DNA of 53,017 nucleotides from an uncultured Candidatus Saccharibacteria bacterium (GCA_964584545.1 CAZPAG010000002.1:1-53017); one strand, 5' to 3'; shown: positions 32,904 through 43,041, counted from the first letter of the stretch. Notes: generated by a model not told the origin, from the letters alone. Numbers and translations: made by a program.

Positions 32904-32926
32904 ATTTGATTTTATTTCATAAAATT

Positions 32927-34666
32927 ATGAAAGAACAAAATAAAAACACTGTGGATTTAAATATTTTACGTCATTCTCTCTCTCATATAATGGCCCATGC
33001 CGTCCAGGATTTATACCCTGGCACAAAATTCGGAATAGGGCCTGCTATTGAAAACGGTTTTTACTATGACTTCGGACTGGACAAAAACTTTACCCCCGAA
33101 GACCTGCCCAAAATAGAATCGAAAATGCGGGAATTAATAAGAAAGGATCTCCCATTTGAAAAAGAAGTTATCCCAAAAGAAAAGGCTCAGGAAATATTTA
33201 AAAACCAGCCATATAAATTAGAACTTATAAAAGAACTGCCTGAAAAAGAGATAACGGTTTATAAAAGCGGAAATTTCTTAGATTTGTGCGGCGGACCGCA
33301 CATAAAATCTACAAAAGAGATCCCTACTGACGCCTTTAAGCTTCAAAAAACTGCCGGCGCCTACTGGAGAGGGTCGGAAAAGAATCCTATGCTCCAAAGG
33401 ATTTACGGTTTGGCTTTTGAAAACAAAAAGGCTTTGGAAGATTATCTCAAGCTCCAGCAGGAAGCAGAAAAAAGAGACCATAGAATTTTGGGTCAAAAAT
33501 TAGACTTATTCTTTATAGATGAGGAAGTCGGGGCAGGCCTCCCTATTTGGCAACACAACGGAACAATTCTCAGGAAAGTTATAACGGACTATTTGTACGA
33601 AGAACTTTCCCGCCAAAAATATCTCTGGATAATCAGCCCTCACATCGGAAGACTTCAACTCTGGAAAACCTCCGGCCACTGGGAAAATTATCGGGAAAAC
33701 ATGTATTCCCCAATCAAGATAGAAGAGGAAGAATATATGATAAAACCCATGAATTGCCCTTTCCATGTCAAGGTCTACAAAACGAAAATAAGGAGCTATA
33801 GAGACCTGCCGATAAAATATGCCGAATTCGGAACTGTTTATCGCTACGAAAGGTCGGGAACCTTACATGGCCTGACAAGAGTCAGGGGTTTCACCCAAGA
33901 TGACGCCCATATCATTTGCCGAACAAAACAACTTCAGGAAGAAGTGGAAAAACTTTTAAAGACCGGATTTAAAATCATGAAAGCTTTCGGATTTAAGGAT
34001 TACGATATTTATCTTTCCACCAGGCCGGAAAAATATGCCGGTACGCTACAGGGATGGGAAAAAGCCACGAATACTCTGAAGAGTATCTTAGAAAAGTTAA
34101 AATTGGACTTCCAAGAAGATCAGGGCGGTGGTGTTTTCTATGGGCCTAAAATAGATATAAAGATAAAAGACTCTCTGGGCAGGCCTTGGCAGTGTACGAC
34201 AATCCAAGTAGATTTTAATCTGCCGGATAAATTCAAAATGGAATACGTGAACGAAAAAGGAGAAAAAGAAAAACCTTTGATGATTCACCGCGCCCTGATA
34301 GGTTCGTTGGAAAGATTCATCGGAGTTTTATTGGAGCACTACGCCGGAAATCTGCCTTTTTGGATTTCCCCGGTTCAAATTCAGGTAATCCCGATAAGTA
34401 TTAAACATAAAAAATATGCTAAAGAGATAGCCGATAAACTTACCGAAAATAGCTTACGTTGCGAATTAAAGGACAATAACGAAACTATTTCAAAGAAAAT
34501 CAGGGAAGGAGAAATGCAAAAAATCCCCTATTTACTGGTAGTCGGAGATAAGGAAAAGAAGGCTAAGGCGGTAGCCGTAAGAAAAAGAGGCAAAGGGGAC
34601 CTGGGAATGATGAAATTGAACAAATTCATAGAAAAGGTTAAAATAGAGTCAGGTCGAAAATCCTAA
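32927..34666 (+). CDS. thrS: threonyl-tRNA synthetase lacking the N-terminal TGS domain
   Basis: Starts at the editing domain (RHSLSHIMAHAV, GFYYDF, TAGAYWRG). Class II core RDHRILGQKLDLF, FGTVYRYERSG and GFTQDDAHIIC. The start is moved to ATG 32927. Confidence 0.95.
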   Translation: MKEQNKNTVDLNILRHSLSHIMAHAVQDLYPGTKFGIGPAIENGFYYDFGLDKNFTPEDLPKIESKMRELIRKDLPFEKEVIPKEKAQEIFKNQPYKLELIKELPEKEITVYKSGNFLDLCGGPHIKSTKEIPTDAFKLQKTAGAYWRGSEKNPMLQRIYGLAFENKKALEDYLKLQQEAEKRDHRILGQKLDLFFIDEEVGAGLPIWQHNGTILRKVITDYLYEELSRQKYLWIISPHIGRLQLWKTSGHWENYRENMYSPIKIEEEEYMIKPMNCPFHVKVYKTKIRSYRDLPIKYAEFGTVYRYERSGTLHGLTRVRGFTQDDAHIICRTKQLQEEVEKLLKTGFKIMKAFGFKDYDIYLSTRPEKYAGTLQGWEKATNTLKSILEKLKLDFQEDQGGGVFYGPKIDIKIKDSLGRPWQCTTIQVDFNLPDKFKMEYVNEKGEKEKPLMIHRALIGSLERFIGVLLEHYAGNLPFWISPVQIQVIPISIKHKKYAKEIADKLTENSLRCELKDNNETISKKIREGEMQKIPYLLVVGDKEKKAKAVAVRKRGKGDLGMMKLNKFIEKVKIESGRKS

Positions 34667-34669
34667 TAT

Positions 34670-36253
34670 ATGCCTGAATTATCTCAATCTACACAAAAAT
34701 TAATCCAAAAATACCAGAGTTGGTACAGTTCTTTGCAGCCGAAAGAAGGAGTTTCGACTATCCACGTTGACGAAGTAGCCTCAAAAGTGGCCACTTTTTA
34801 TGAAAAATTGAGAGGAGTGGTTGACTGGAGAGAGGAACACTTGATGAGAAGGGCTACTATTGAAAGGATTTTAAAGAGGAGGCTATTGCTTCAAAAAAAC
34901 GAAGAAGATTTGGCTTCTCCTTTTATTTTTGAACTTATAAGGAGCGGATACTTCCCGAATGACAAGATTGATGAAAGGAAGATCGGTACCGTCCAGAATC
35001 TGCTTGAAAAATACATCTTTATCATCCAAAACAGCCCTTCACCGCCGGTAGAAAAGATAAAAGCCCAGCTTTATGACTGGCTGATGTCTATTGCCGCCTG
35101 CGAAGTGGAAGAGATATTGGATCCGCCCCGCCGGGAAAGAGCTTTGATTGAATACATGGAAGATATAATGCAGGAAAGGATATCCGTTGAGAGCATCAAC
35201 GAAGCAGAAAGAGATACCCAGATTTCAATCGCTGTCCAGGAATCCCTTTTTAAGCTCGATAAACCGATAATAAACTACCACTTGCTCAAAAAGCAGTACG
35301 GCGACTGGCTGCAATTATCCCAGCCACGCCTTGAAGAAATAACGGGTAATATCTATTCCATCTGGAAAAATATAGAAAATTCTCTTCATCACCCGCTGTC
35401 TAAAAAATTCTACCGTATCTGCGAAAGATACGACACTCCCTATTTGATTCTGGGAGACGTCCTTTCTGAAGAGCCTTTGAAAATAGAAGAAAATATAAAA
35501 AGCGGAGAATTCCTGGAAAATAGAATAAGGCAGGCTTATCAAGCCAGACTTGGAACCTTGAAAAAAAGGATGAGCAGGGCCGCCATTTATTCAACCGTGT
35601 CCATTTTTGTCACTAAAATGCTCTTGGCTTTTGCTATAGAGATACCTTTTGACAGATATGTGGTCAACCAATTTAATCCCCTAGCTATGGCTTTGAGCAT
35701 AATAATCCCTCCCCTTTTAATGTTTATTATAGTGCTGACTATAAAGCCTCCTGAAAGCGACAATCTCAACGCGGTAATAATGGAAACGATGAAAATTGCC
35801 TATACGCACGAAGGAAGCGACGCATATAAAATCAAAAATCCGAAGAAAAGAGGATTTATAATGGCGGCCATAATAACCTCTTTCTACTTTTTGAGCTTCT
35901 GCCTTTCTTTCGGCTTAATTATCTGGGGACTTGAAAAACTAAACTTTGGCATTCTTTCCATCATCATATTTTTGATATTCGTCTCATTAATCTCCTTTGC
36001 CGGAGTCAAGATAAGAGAAAGGTCCCGAGAATTAAACGTTACCGAAGAGAAAGAAGGATTCTTGGGCTTAATAATCGATCTATTCTCAATGCCGATTATA
36101 CAAGTCGGCAAATGGCTGTCTGGCCAGTGGGCAAAATACAATGTAATACTCGTGTTGATGACCGCCATAATCGACATGCCTTTCCAGGTTTTCACCGAAT
36201 TCCTGGAACAATGGAGGTATTTCTTAAAAGAGAAAAAAGAGGAAATACATTAG
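34670..36253 (+). CDS. hypothetical polytopic membrane protein
   Basis: 527-aa ORF with a soluble N-terminal roughly 300 aa, then at least 5 hydrophobic helices. Confidence 0.6.
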   Translation: MPELSQSTQKLIQKYQSWYSSLQPKEGVSTIHVDEVASKVATFYEKLRGVVDWREEHLMRRATIERILKRRLLLQKNEEDLASPFIFELIRSGYFPNDKIDERKIGTVQNLLEKYIFIIQNSPSPPVEKIKAQLYDWLMSIAACEVEEILDPPRRERALIEYMEDIMQERISVESINEAERDTQISIAVQESLFKLDKPIINYHLLKKQYGDWLQLSQPRLEEITGNIYSIWKNIENSLHHPLSKKFYRICERYDTPYLILGDVLSEEPLKIEENIKSGEFLENRIRQAYQARLGTLKKRMSRAAIYSTVSIFVTKMLLAFAIEIPFDRYVVNQFNPLAMALSIIIPPLLMFIIVLTIKPPESDNLNAVIMETMKIAYTHEGSDAYKIKNPKKRGFIMAAIITSFYFLSFCLSFGLIIWGLEKLNFGILSIIIFLIFVSLISFAGVKIRERSRELNVTEEKEGFLGLIIDLFSMPIIQVGKWLSGQWAKYNVILVLMTAIIDMPFQVFTEFLEQWRYFLKEKKEEIH

Positions 36254-36279
36254 CAGAGGGTCAATTAATATATAACAAT

Positions 36280-37188
36280 ATGAAAAAAACATTAATCGTA
36301 TTGCTCTTTTCAATTTTCATAGCAGGTTCCAACGCCGGAGCTGTTTTAGCCGAAGAAGCGGCTACAACCTCCCAAGACAATCAAACAACCGCCCAAGAAG
36401 AAACCGTTACGCCAGAGGATCTTGGAGTGGGAGAACCGACTATCCTGCCCGACAGCCCCCTTTATTTCCTTAAAAGCTGGGCGAGAAGTATCCAACTGGT
36501 TTTGACTTTTGATCCTATCAAAAAGGCGGAATTACAGCTGAAATTTTCTAACGAAAAAATCATTGAAACAGAAAAGATGGTCACATTAAAAAAGACCCAG
36601 GAAAAAGTCCAAAGTGCCCTCAAGAATTATCAGGAAACGATCTTGGATGTGGCAACAGCCACGAAAAAAATAAAAGAAAAAGTCGAAGAAAGCCAAGAGG
36701 TCGAAAAATTTATGGAGAAATTCACGAACCAAAGCGCTCTTCAGCAAAAAATACTTGAAAAATTGGAGACCCAAGTCCCGACCGCAACTGCAGAAAAAAT
36801 AATAGAAATGAGACAGACTCACTTAGAAAAATTCGGAGAGGTGATGCAAAAACTGGAAAATCGAGAGGAACAGCAAATAAAAATTTTAGAGAATTTCGAG
36901 AACAAATTGGAAAATACCACTACGATAAATATAGATACGCAGCAAATACAAAATTTCCAGCAAAAGATGGAGAGCATAAAGAGCAATATCTCGAACAAAG
37001 TAATGACAGGCCTAAATGTCACGCCCTCAAACACGTCACAAACGGCAGGGTGCGACAGCCTATGGTGGTTTGATAGCTCCACTAAAATCTGCCAGCAAAA
37101 ACAATTCTGCGGAATGTATATGTATTTCGGACTACAAACTTTTGACTCCAAAGAAGAATGCGAAAAAGGGCTTCTGGAAGTTGAATAA
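36280..37188 (+). CDS. secreted coiled-coil protein (DUF5667-like) with Cys-rich C-terminus
   Basis: Signal peptide MKKTLIVLLFSIFIAGSNAGAVLA, then LPDSPLYFLKSWARSIQLVL, then C-terminal CDSLWWFD..CQQKQFCG..C. The start is moved to ATG 36280. Confidence 0.65.
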   Translation: MKKTLIVLLFSIFIAGSNAGAVLAEEAATTSQDNQTTAQEETVTPEDLGVGEPTILPDSPLYFLKSWARSIQLVLTFDPIKKAELQLKFSNEKIIETEKMVTLKKTQEKVQSALKNYQETILDVATATKKIKEKVEESQEVEKFMEKFTNQSALQQKILEKLETQVPTATAEKIIEMRQTHLEKFGEVMQKLENREEQQIKILENFENKLENTTTINIDTQQIQNFQQKMESIKSNISNKVMTGLNVTPSNTSQTAGCDSLWWFDSSTKICQQKQFCGMYMYFGLQTFDSKEECEKGLLEVE

Positions 37189-37206
37189 CGGAAATATTAG
37201 AAAAAG

Positions 37207-37232
37207 CAGCTCCTTTACGGAGCTGTTTTTTT
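37207..37232 (+). terminator. intrinsic terminator
   Basis: CAGCTCC-TTTAC-GGAGCTG followed by T7. Confidence 0.75.
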
Positions 37233-37323
37233 ATCTTAAAATCAAGGGAGATTATTATAAAATATTTTATCGTTACCTACGGTTGCCACCCCGCACCAAA
37301 GCAAAGCTTGATACGGGGCAAGA

Positions 37324-38343
37324 ATGAATAAGCAAATGACAAAAAAATACTTTTTAATTACATATGGATGCCAGATGAATAAAGCTGACAGTGAACGAAT
37401 TGCCACTATTTTAGAAAAAAAAGGATATAAAGAGGCAAAAAACATTGAAGCCGCCGATTTGGTAGTTGTTAATATGTGCTCTGTCAGACAGCCGGCAGTT
37501 GACAGAGTCTACGGGCTGATTGAAAAATTAAAAGGAAAAAAGAAAACGATACTAACCGGCTGCATTCTAAAAAGAGACAGGATTAAATTTGCCAAAAGCT
37601 TTGACAGGATTTTAAAATTTGGAGATTTATTCAAGCTAAAACCAATAAGACAGAACGGGCTCATAGCATATGTCCCCATTTCAAACGGCTGTAATAACGC
37701 CTGTACTTATTGCGCCGTCCCCTATACCAGGGGCCGGCTTATCTGCCGCAGCCATAAAGAGGTTGTTGGAGAGGTAAAAGAAGCCGTTAAAAATGGGTTT
37801 AGAGAAATATGGCTCTTGGGCCAGAATGTGAACGATTACCAATCCCCTGCCGATTCGCGTATAAACTTCGCCAGATTATTAAAATCTGCTTCCAATCTTC
37901 CAGGAGACTTTATAATCCATTTTACTTCGCCCCATCCGAAAGACTTCACCGACGAATTGATAGACGTTATGGCCGGATCAAAGAAGATAAAGAAATACCT
38001 GAACCTGCCCGTTCAGTCCGGAGATAATAAAATCCTAAAAGCTATGAACCGACCGTATACCGTAGAAAAATATAAAAAACTTGTTAAAAAGATAAGAAAG
38101 GAAATGCCCAATATCAACTTATCAACGGATGTAATAGTCGGCTTCCCGGGAGAGACAAAAAAACAATTTGAAAATACGGCAAAACTGTTTAGGGAGCTAA
38201 AATTCAACATCGCCTATATTTCCAAATTTTCACCACGCCCAGGCACCTCGGCGGCCAAGCTGAAAAATAACGTTCCATATCAAGAAAAGCAAAGAAGGTG
38301 GAGAATATTAAACGATATTATTTTAAATAAAAATCGTGCATAA
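37324..38343 (+). CDS. miaB: MiaB-type radical-SAM methylthiotransferase lacking the TRAM domain
   Basis: YFLITYGCQMNKADSE (MTTase N-domain) and the radical-SAM CNNACTYCAVP. It ends right after the radical-SAM core. Confidence 0.8.
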   Translation: MNKQMTKKYFLITYGCQMNKADSERIATILEKKGYKEAKNIEAADLVVVNMCSVRQPAVDRVYGLIEKLKGKKKTILTGCILKRDRIKFAKSFDRILKFGDLFKLKPIRQNGLIAYVPISNGCNNACTYCAVPYTRGRLICRSHKEVVGEVKEAVKNGFREIWLLGQNVNDYQSPADSRINFARLLKSASNLPGDFIIHFTSPHPKDFTDELIDVMAGSKKIKKYLNLPVQSGDNKILKAMNRPYTVEKYKKLVKKIRKEMPNINLSTDVIVGFPGETKKQFENTAKLFRELKFNIAYISKFSPRPGTSAAKLKNNVPYQEKQRRWRILNDIILNKNRA

Positions 38344-39238
38344 AAAACTAATCGTCATCTTGGGCCCTACTGCTTCAGGGAAAACTTCTCTATCTTTAAA
38401 ATTGGCTAAAAAGTTAAACGGCGAAATAGTCTCGGCTGATTCAAGGCAAATCTACAGAGAATTGGATATAGGGACGGCCAAACCCGCTAAAAAACAATTG
38501 AAACAGGTTAAGCACTATCTGATTAATATAAAAAAGCCTAACCAACACTATACGGCGGGTCAATACAAGAGAGATTCCATAAAGGTAATTAATAAAATAA
38601 TCAAATCAGGGAAAGTCCCCTTCTTAGTAGGTGGGACCGGACTCTATATTAAATCCCTGGCCGACAATCTGGAGATACCGGAAGTAAAACCAGACCGGAA
38701 ATTAAGGAATAAATTAGAGTCAGAAATTAAGAATAAAGGGCTAAAAAGCGTCTATAACAAACTCATTAAGCTGGACCCAGAAGCAGCTTATATTATAGAC
38801 GAAAACAACCCCCGCCGAGTCATACGAGCCCTGGAAATAGCAATAAAAACCAAAAAACCCTTTTCCCAACAGAGAAAAAAAGGCAAACCCCTTTTTGATA
38901 TTTTGGAAATAGGCTTAAACCCCGGTGAGAAAAAACTAACTAAGATTATAGACAAAAGAGTTAATAAAATGATCGGAGCGGGGCTGTTAAAAGAGGTAAA
39001 ACGATTAATTAAAAAATATAATAAAAGACTGCGCACCTTTGACGCTATCGGCTACCGGGAAATGATAGATTTATTAGACAAAAAAATATCTCTTAAGGAT
39101 GCTTTAAAAAGAATCAAAATAAATACTTGGCATTTTGCAAAGCGCCAAATGACTTGGTTTAGAAAGGATAAAAATATTAATTGGATAAAAAATCAGAGGG
39201 AAGCCGAAAAATTAATAAAAAATTTCCTAAAAAAATAG
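38336..39238 (+). CDS. miaA: tRNA dimethylallyltransferase
   Basis: GTG start overlapping the miaB stop. ILGPTASGKTSLSLKLAKKLNGEIVSADSRQIYRELDIGTAKP. Confidence 0.9.
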   Translation: MHKKLIVILGPTASGKTSLSLKLAKKLNGEIVSADSRQIYRELDIGTAKPAKKQLKQVKHYLINIKKPNQHYTAGQYKRDSIKVINKIIKSGKVPFLVGGTGLYIKSLADNLEIPEVKPDRKLRNKLESEIKNKGLKSVYNKLIKLDPEAAYIIDENNPRRVIRALEIAIKTKKPFSQQRKKGKPLFDILEIGLNPGEKKLTKIIDKRVNKMIGAGLLKEVKRLIKKYNKRLRTFDAIGYREMIDLLDKKISLKDALKRIKINTWHFAKRQMTWFRKDKNINWIKNQREAEKLIKNFLKK

Positions 39239-39495
39239 AGCGGTTTAACAGCCGCTCTTCTTGCCATAAAACAGGCAAGTTTGAGGATTTCCGAATGAGT
39301 GAAAATCATCTCGCCATTAACGCGGAACGGAGCTATATCAAGCGAGCTGACTTTCTCTATTTCTGCCTGGACACCCCGGGATTTTAAAAAAGCTGCTACC
39401 TCTTCCGCGAGGTTTACCTTTCCTGACGTGTCAGAATGGTATATATTGTATCCGCTGATTAACAGGTAATGGCCATCTGGAAAATTGATTCTCAC
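39193..39495 (-). CDS. hypothetical protein
   Basis: 100-aa ORF with a GTG start 10 nt after AGGAG. Its 3' end overlaps miaA convergently by 46 nt and crosses a hairpin at 39238-39257, so the end is uncertain. Confidence 0.35.
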   Translation of the reverse strand: MRINFPDGHYLLISGYNIYHSDTSGKVNLAEEVAAFLKSRGVQAEIEKVSSLDIAPFRVNGEMIFTHSEILKLACFMARRAAVKPLYFFRKFFINFSASL

Positions 39496-39548
39496 CTTTA
39501 TTATTCTCCTATATGCGATATAAAATGTTACCTAGATAGGATAACTCT

Positions 39549-41003
39549 CTATTTTGATTTTGTCAATATCCGCTTTAACAGCTTGTTTGCTATCTGAGGA
39601 TCGGCTTTGCCTTTTGTTTGGGTCATTATCTGGCCGACTAAGTATTGAGCAACAGTTTCCTTTCCCCTTTTATAATCCTCAACGACCTTAGGATTCTTAA
39701 ACAAAACCTCCTTTATCACTTTTTCTATTTCTGATTCGTCGCTAATCTGGGTCAATCCTTTATCCCGTATAATATCAGACGGATCCCCTCCTGTTTTAAA
39801 CATCTCTTCTAAAACCATCTTGGCTATCTTTGAGGAGATATTCCCGTCATAAACCAGCTTAATAAACTCTGCGAAATTTTCAGGAGTTATTAGAAACTTA
39901 CTGCCAGATACCGAGCCTCCTTCCAAGAGCCCCTGCAAATCCGTAATCAAATAGTTTGAAGATAATTTTATCAGGTCTAAAATCTTCTTTTTGGCCAACC
40001 CCGGCTCAAACTCGCTTATCACCTTCTCGAAATATTCTCCCAGGTCTTTTTCCCGAACAAAGATCTCAGTAAATTCTCCGTCCAATCCAAACTCTTTCTT
40101 AAATCTTTCCCTCTTTTGCTGGGGAAGCTCTGGGATTTCAGCACGAATCTTATCAATATCCTCCTTTTTAAAATGGAGCAAGGGCAAATCAGGCTCTGGG
40201 AAATACCTGTAATCATGGGCTTCTTCCTTTTCTCTTTGGCTAACCGTTATCCCTTTTGCGTCATCCCATCCCCGAGTCTCTTGAACTATTTTCTCTCCCT
40301 TCTCTATCGCCTCTGTCTGTCTTTTTATTTCGTAATCAATAGAACGCTCCACCGACCTGAAAGAGTTGAGATTCTTAATTTCAACCTTGGTGCCTAGCTC
40401 TCCTTTCTTTTTGCCTAAAGAAAGGTTAACTTCAACTCTCATTTCTCCTTTTTCCATGTCGGCATCTGAAATATCAAGATATTGGAAAATACGATGCAAT
40501 TCTTCTGCAAATGACTTCGCTTCCTTGGCCGAATCAATATCCGGCTCTGTGACTAACTCCATCAAAGGAACTCCTGCCCGATTAAAATCCACTAAGGAAT
40601 AATTTTCTCCTGCAGGATGAATTAGACGCCCCGTATCTTCCTCCAAATGAACTCTACGGATTCTTACTTTTTTGCCGCCTGTCTCAAGAAAACCGTCCAA
40701 GCATAAAGGCTTATCATATTGACTTATTTGGTACCCCTTAGGCAAATCAGGATAAAAATAATTCTTCCTATCAAACTTAGAATATTCGGGAATCTTGCAG
40801 TCCAAAGCTAACCCGGTTTTAATCACCTTGTTTATTGCTTCCTGATTTATAACAGGAAGAGTTCCGGGTTGAGCGGTACAAACAGGGCAAATATTAAAAT
40901 TAGCCCTTCTTTCGCCAGAATCGTTCAAACAAGAGCAAAACATTTTGCTCTTTGTATTTAATTCTATATGAATTTCCAAACCTATAACGGTTTTGTAAGA
41001 CAT
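39549..41003 (-). CDS. gatB: Asp-tRNA(Asn)/Glu-tRNA(Gln) amidotransferase subunit B
   Basis: VIGLEIHIELNTKSKMFC, NFNICPVCTAQPGTLP, DRKNYFYPDLPKGYQISQ, and a C-terminal YqeY-like tail. Confidence 0.95.
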   Translation of the reverse strand: MSYKTVIGLEIHIELNTKSKMFCSCLNDSGERRANFNICPVCTAQPGTLPVINQEAINKVIKTGLALDCKIPEYSKFDRKNYFYPDLPKGYQISQYDKPLCLDGFLETGGKKVRIRRVHLEEDTGRLIHPAGENYSLVDFNRAGVPLMELVTEPDIDSAKEAKSFAEELHRIFQYLDISDADMEKGEMRVEVNLSLGKKKGELGTKVEIKNLNSFRSVERSIDYEIKRQTEAIEKGEKIVQETRGWDDAKGITVSQREKEEAHDYRYFPEPDLPLLHFKKEDIDKIRAEIPELPQQKRERFKKEFGLDGEFTEIFVREKDLGEYFEKVISEFEPGLAKKKILDLIKLSSNYLITDLQGLLEGGSVSGSKFLITPENFAEFIKLVYDGNISSKIAKMVLEEMFKTGGDPSDIIRDKGLTQISDESEIEKVIKEVLFKNPKVVEDYKRGKETVAQYLVGQIMTQTKGKADPQIANKLLKRILTKSK

Positions 41004-41032
41004 ATTTTTATTTCTGAGTGATAGCGAAGAAA

Positions 41033-41068
41033 CAAGGTTCTTAAGAGCGAAGCGACGAATGGTTCTTA
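41033..41068 (-). repeat. family-3 short repeat (AAGGTTCT / GGTTCTTA) upstream of gatB
   Basis: Plus strand reads caaggttcttaagagcgaagcgacgaatggttctta. Confidence 0.4.
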
Positions 41069-41758
41069 TTCAACTTTTCTCCATTCTTCTTCTGGTTCTA
41101 CCTCTTCCCCCATCACCTCTTTCATAATTTCCACTCCAGAGCTGGTACCAATAATATCAGCTCCGGCCTCAAGCATCATTTTCAAATCGTTTAAACTCCT
41201 TATTAAGCCCGCTGCCTTCACCAGAATCCCTGGGGCCGATTCTCTCATAATTTTCACGTGTTTTGCCTTCTCTCTTAATTCAGAATGGTCCAGAGGATCT
41301 CCCAGCGTGGCTGTTTTCACGCAAATAGCCCCTGCCCTCTTCACCATTTCAGAGGCTTTTTTAATTTCTTCATCGGCCAAATACCCCGACCCGATAATCA
41401 CCTTTGCAGGTAAAATCTTGCAGATTTCTTCCAAATCTTTAGAAACTTCCTCACATTTTCCGTTCTTAAAATCATCTATCTTCATTACCACGTCTATCTC
41501 TTCAGACCCGTCTTTTTTGGCCCGTTCTGCCATTCTAAGCCTTTCCTCATGGGAACTAGCTCCCGTAGGTTCATCTATTAAGGTCGTCACTTTAACGCCG
41601 CTGCCTTCTAACAATTTCTTAGCCAACCTGGCGTCTTTCGGAAAAACGCAAAATCCCCGGAATCCGTATTTTTTCGCTTCCTCGCAAGCCATTCTTAGCT
41701 CTTCTTCGCTGGAGTCTTTCTTTAAAAATGTCTGATCGATTATCTCAGCGTAATTCAT
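41066..41758 (-). CDS. deoC: DeoC/LacD-family aldolase (deoxyribose-phosphate aldolase-like)
   Basis: IIDQTFLK..., VTTLIDEPTG, ICVKTAT, and GADIIGTSSG. The start is moved to ATG 41758. Confidence 0.7.
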   Translation of the reverse strand: MNYAEIIDQTFLKKDSSEEELRMACEEAKKYGFRGFCVFPKDARLAKKLLEGSGVKVTTLIDEPTGASSHEERLRMAERAKKDGSEEIDVVMKIDDFKNGKCEEVSKDLEEICKILPAKVIIGSGYLADEEIKKASEMVKRAGAICVKTATLGDPLDHSELREKAKHVKIMRESAPGILVKAAGLIRSLNDLKMMLEAGADIIGTSSGVEIMKEVMGEEVEPEEEWRKVE

Positions 41759-41772
41759 AATATTATGAAAAT

Positions 41773-41863
41773 TGACAGGGCTCCCGCGCATATATGCCGA
41801 AAGCATTCAAGGTTCTCGCCGAAGGAGAGGTTCTTATATTACATTAATTGCACGGGATGCATA
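41773..41863 (-). repeat. family-1 element with a 60-nt insertion in the hairpin loop
   Basis: Minus sense reads ATGCATCCCGTGC-[60 nt containing a family-3 repeat]-GCGCGGGAGCCCTGTCAATTTTCATAATATT-ATG. Confidence 0.6.
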
Positions 41864-41934
41864 ATTTAATTCTAACAAATTATATTATAAATAAAAAGAA
41901 GCCCTTAGGCTTCACAATTTTATATATTATAAAT

Positions 41935-42429
41935 CTACACTTTCTTTTTTCTCTGTAAAACCAAGAAAGTACATTGATGAGAATTTTTATCATCAGCCGG
42001 ACGCAAAACACGCTCTGTCTCATCCCAATCGTTATAATCAAACTCAGGGAAAAAAGCATCCCCCTTAAAATCGCCTTCCACCAAAGTTAAATACATCCTG
42101 TCAGCCAAAGGCAGAAACTGAGCATATATTGAAACGCCTCCGGCTATAATTACCTCGTCAGACCCCTTAGCCGCATATAAGGCTTCTTCTATAGAATGAG
42201 CCACAATGCATCCTTCTGGCTTAAAATTCTGGTCTCGGGTCAGAATAATATTGGTTCTGCCTGACAAAGGCTTTCCTATAGACTCAAAAGTTTTTTGGCC
42301 CATTATTACGGGTTTTCCCAAGGTTAGCTGCTTGAAATGCTCCATGTCTGCCGGCAGCTTCCAAGGTAAAGAGTTGTTTATCCCGACTACCCTGTTGTTC
42401 CCGATAGCTACGATAATTGATATAATCAT
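41935..42429 (-). CDS. folA: dihydrofolate reductase
   Basis: MIISIIVAIGNNRVVGINNSLPWKLPADMEHFKQLTLGKPVIMGQKTFESIG. Confidence 0.95.
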   Translation of the reverse strand: MIISIIVAIGNNRVVGINNSLPWKLPADMEHFKQLTLGKPVIMGQKTFESIGKPLSGRTNIILTRDQNFKPEGCIVAHSIEEALYAAKGSDEVIIAGGVSIYAQFLPLADRMYLTLVEGDFKGDAFFPEFDYNDWDETERVLRPADDKNSHQCTFLVLQRKKKV

Positions 42430-42492
42430 TTCAAAAAAATAATTTGAATTTTTTACCCGTTATGATAATATTACATAATAACAAAAAAACAC

Positions 42493-43038
42493 ATGAAAGT
42501 ATATAAAAACTCCATAGTCCAAGACTACGAGGAACTTAAAAAAATATCCGAGGCCCACAAAGCCCTAGGGCACAAAGTCGTATGCACCGTTGGTTCCTGG
42601 GATATGCTCCATATAGGACATTTACGCTACCTAATAAAGGCCAAAGAGCATGGAGACGTGCTTATCGTCGGAGTAGACAGCGACCGTGGCGTAAAGCTAT
42701 ATAAAAAGAACGAATTGAGGCCGGTAATCCCGCAGGAAGAAAGAATGGAAATGTTAAAATACCAGGAATGCGTAGATTATATCACTTTAGTGGACGACAT
42801 AGACGACGATGGAAAATGGCAGTACAAACTGATAGAAATTATCAAACCCGATGTTTTTGTCACAACCGTCGACAGTTATCCTGACGAACAAATTAAACAA
42901 ATAAAATTGCATTCTAACGATGTTTTAGTTTTCCCAAGACAAGCAGAAAAAACATCTACAACAGATATTATAGAAAGGATGATTAAAAAACACCTCGAGG
43001 CTTTGCTTAAAAATGTAACTAAAAAAGGACAAGCATAA
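42493..43038 (+). CDS. cytidylyl/adenylyltransferase-family protein (RfaE-II/TagD-like)
   Basis: GSWDMLHIGHLRYL (HxGH motif) and LIVGVDSD. Confidence 0.7.
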   Translation: MKVYKNSIVQDYEELKKISEAHKALGHKVVCTVGSWDMLHIGHLRYLIKAKEHGDVLIVGVDSDRGVKLYKKNELRPVIPQEERMEMLKYQECVDYITLVDDIDDDGKWQYKLIEIIKPDVFVTTVDSYPDEQIKQIKLHSNDVLVFPRQAEKTSTTDIIERMIKKHLEALLKNVTKKGQA

Positions 43039-43041
43039 TCT

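Noticed and set aside
32885-32926. N-terminal extensions MRGSPV... on thrS, and likewise on deoC (41759-41806), rpmG (22632-22688), the metallopeptidase (9129-9161) and trmD (23578-23610).
   Set aside because: The extensions are translations of dispersed nucleotide repeats (family 1 or family 2). The same peptide, MRGSPV, appears before two unrelated proteins. Conserved N-termini begin at the internal ATG.
36112-36279. Upstream extension of the DUF5667-like ORF.
   Set aside because: It overlaps the 3' end of the preceding membrane-protein gene in another frame. A canonical signal peptide begins at ATG 36280.
37284-37300. The shared GC-rich 10-mer CCCCGCACCA, here and at 46497-46506, as the 3' end of a tRNA-like structure.
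   Set aside because: No T arm or acceptor pairing can be drawn upstream of either copy, so the match is probably coincidental.
41773-41790. TTGACA / TTTACA / CTGACA read on the opposite strand of the family-1 box (TGACAGGG) as a divergent -35 element.
   Set aside because: The only -10-like hexamers (TATATG, TACATC, TAAATC) are 13 nt away, which is too short for sigma70 spacing. They also lie inside the GC stem.
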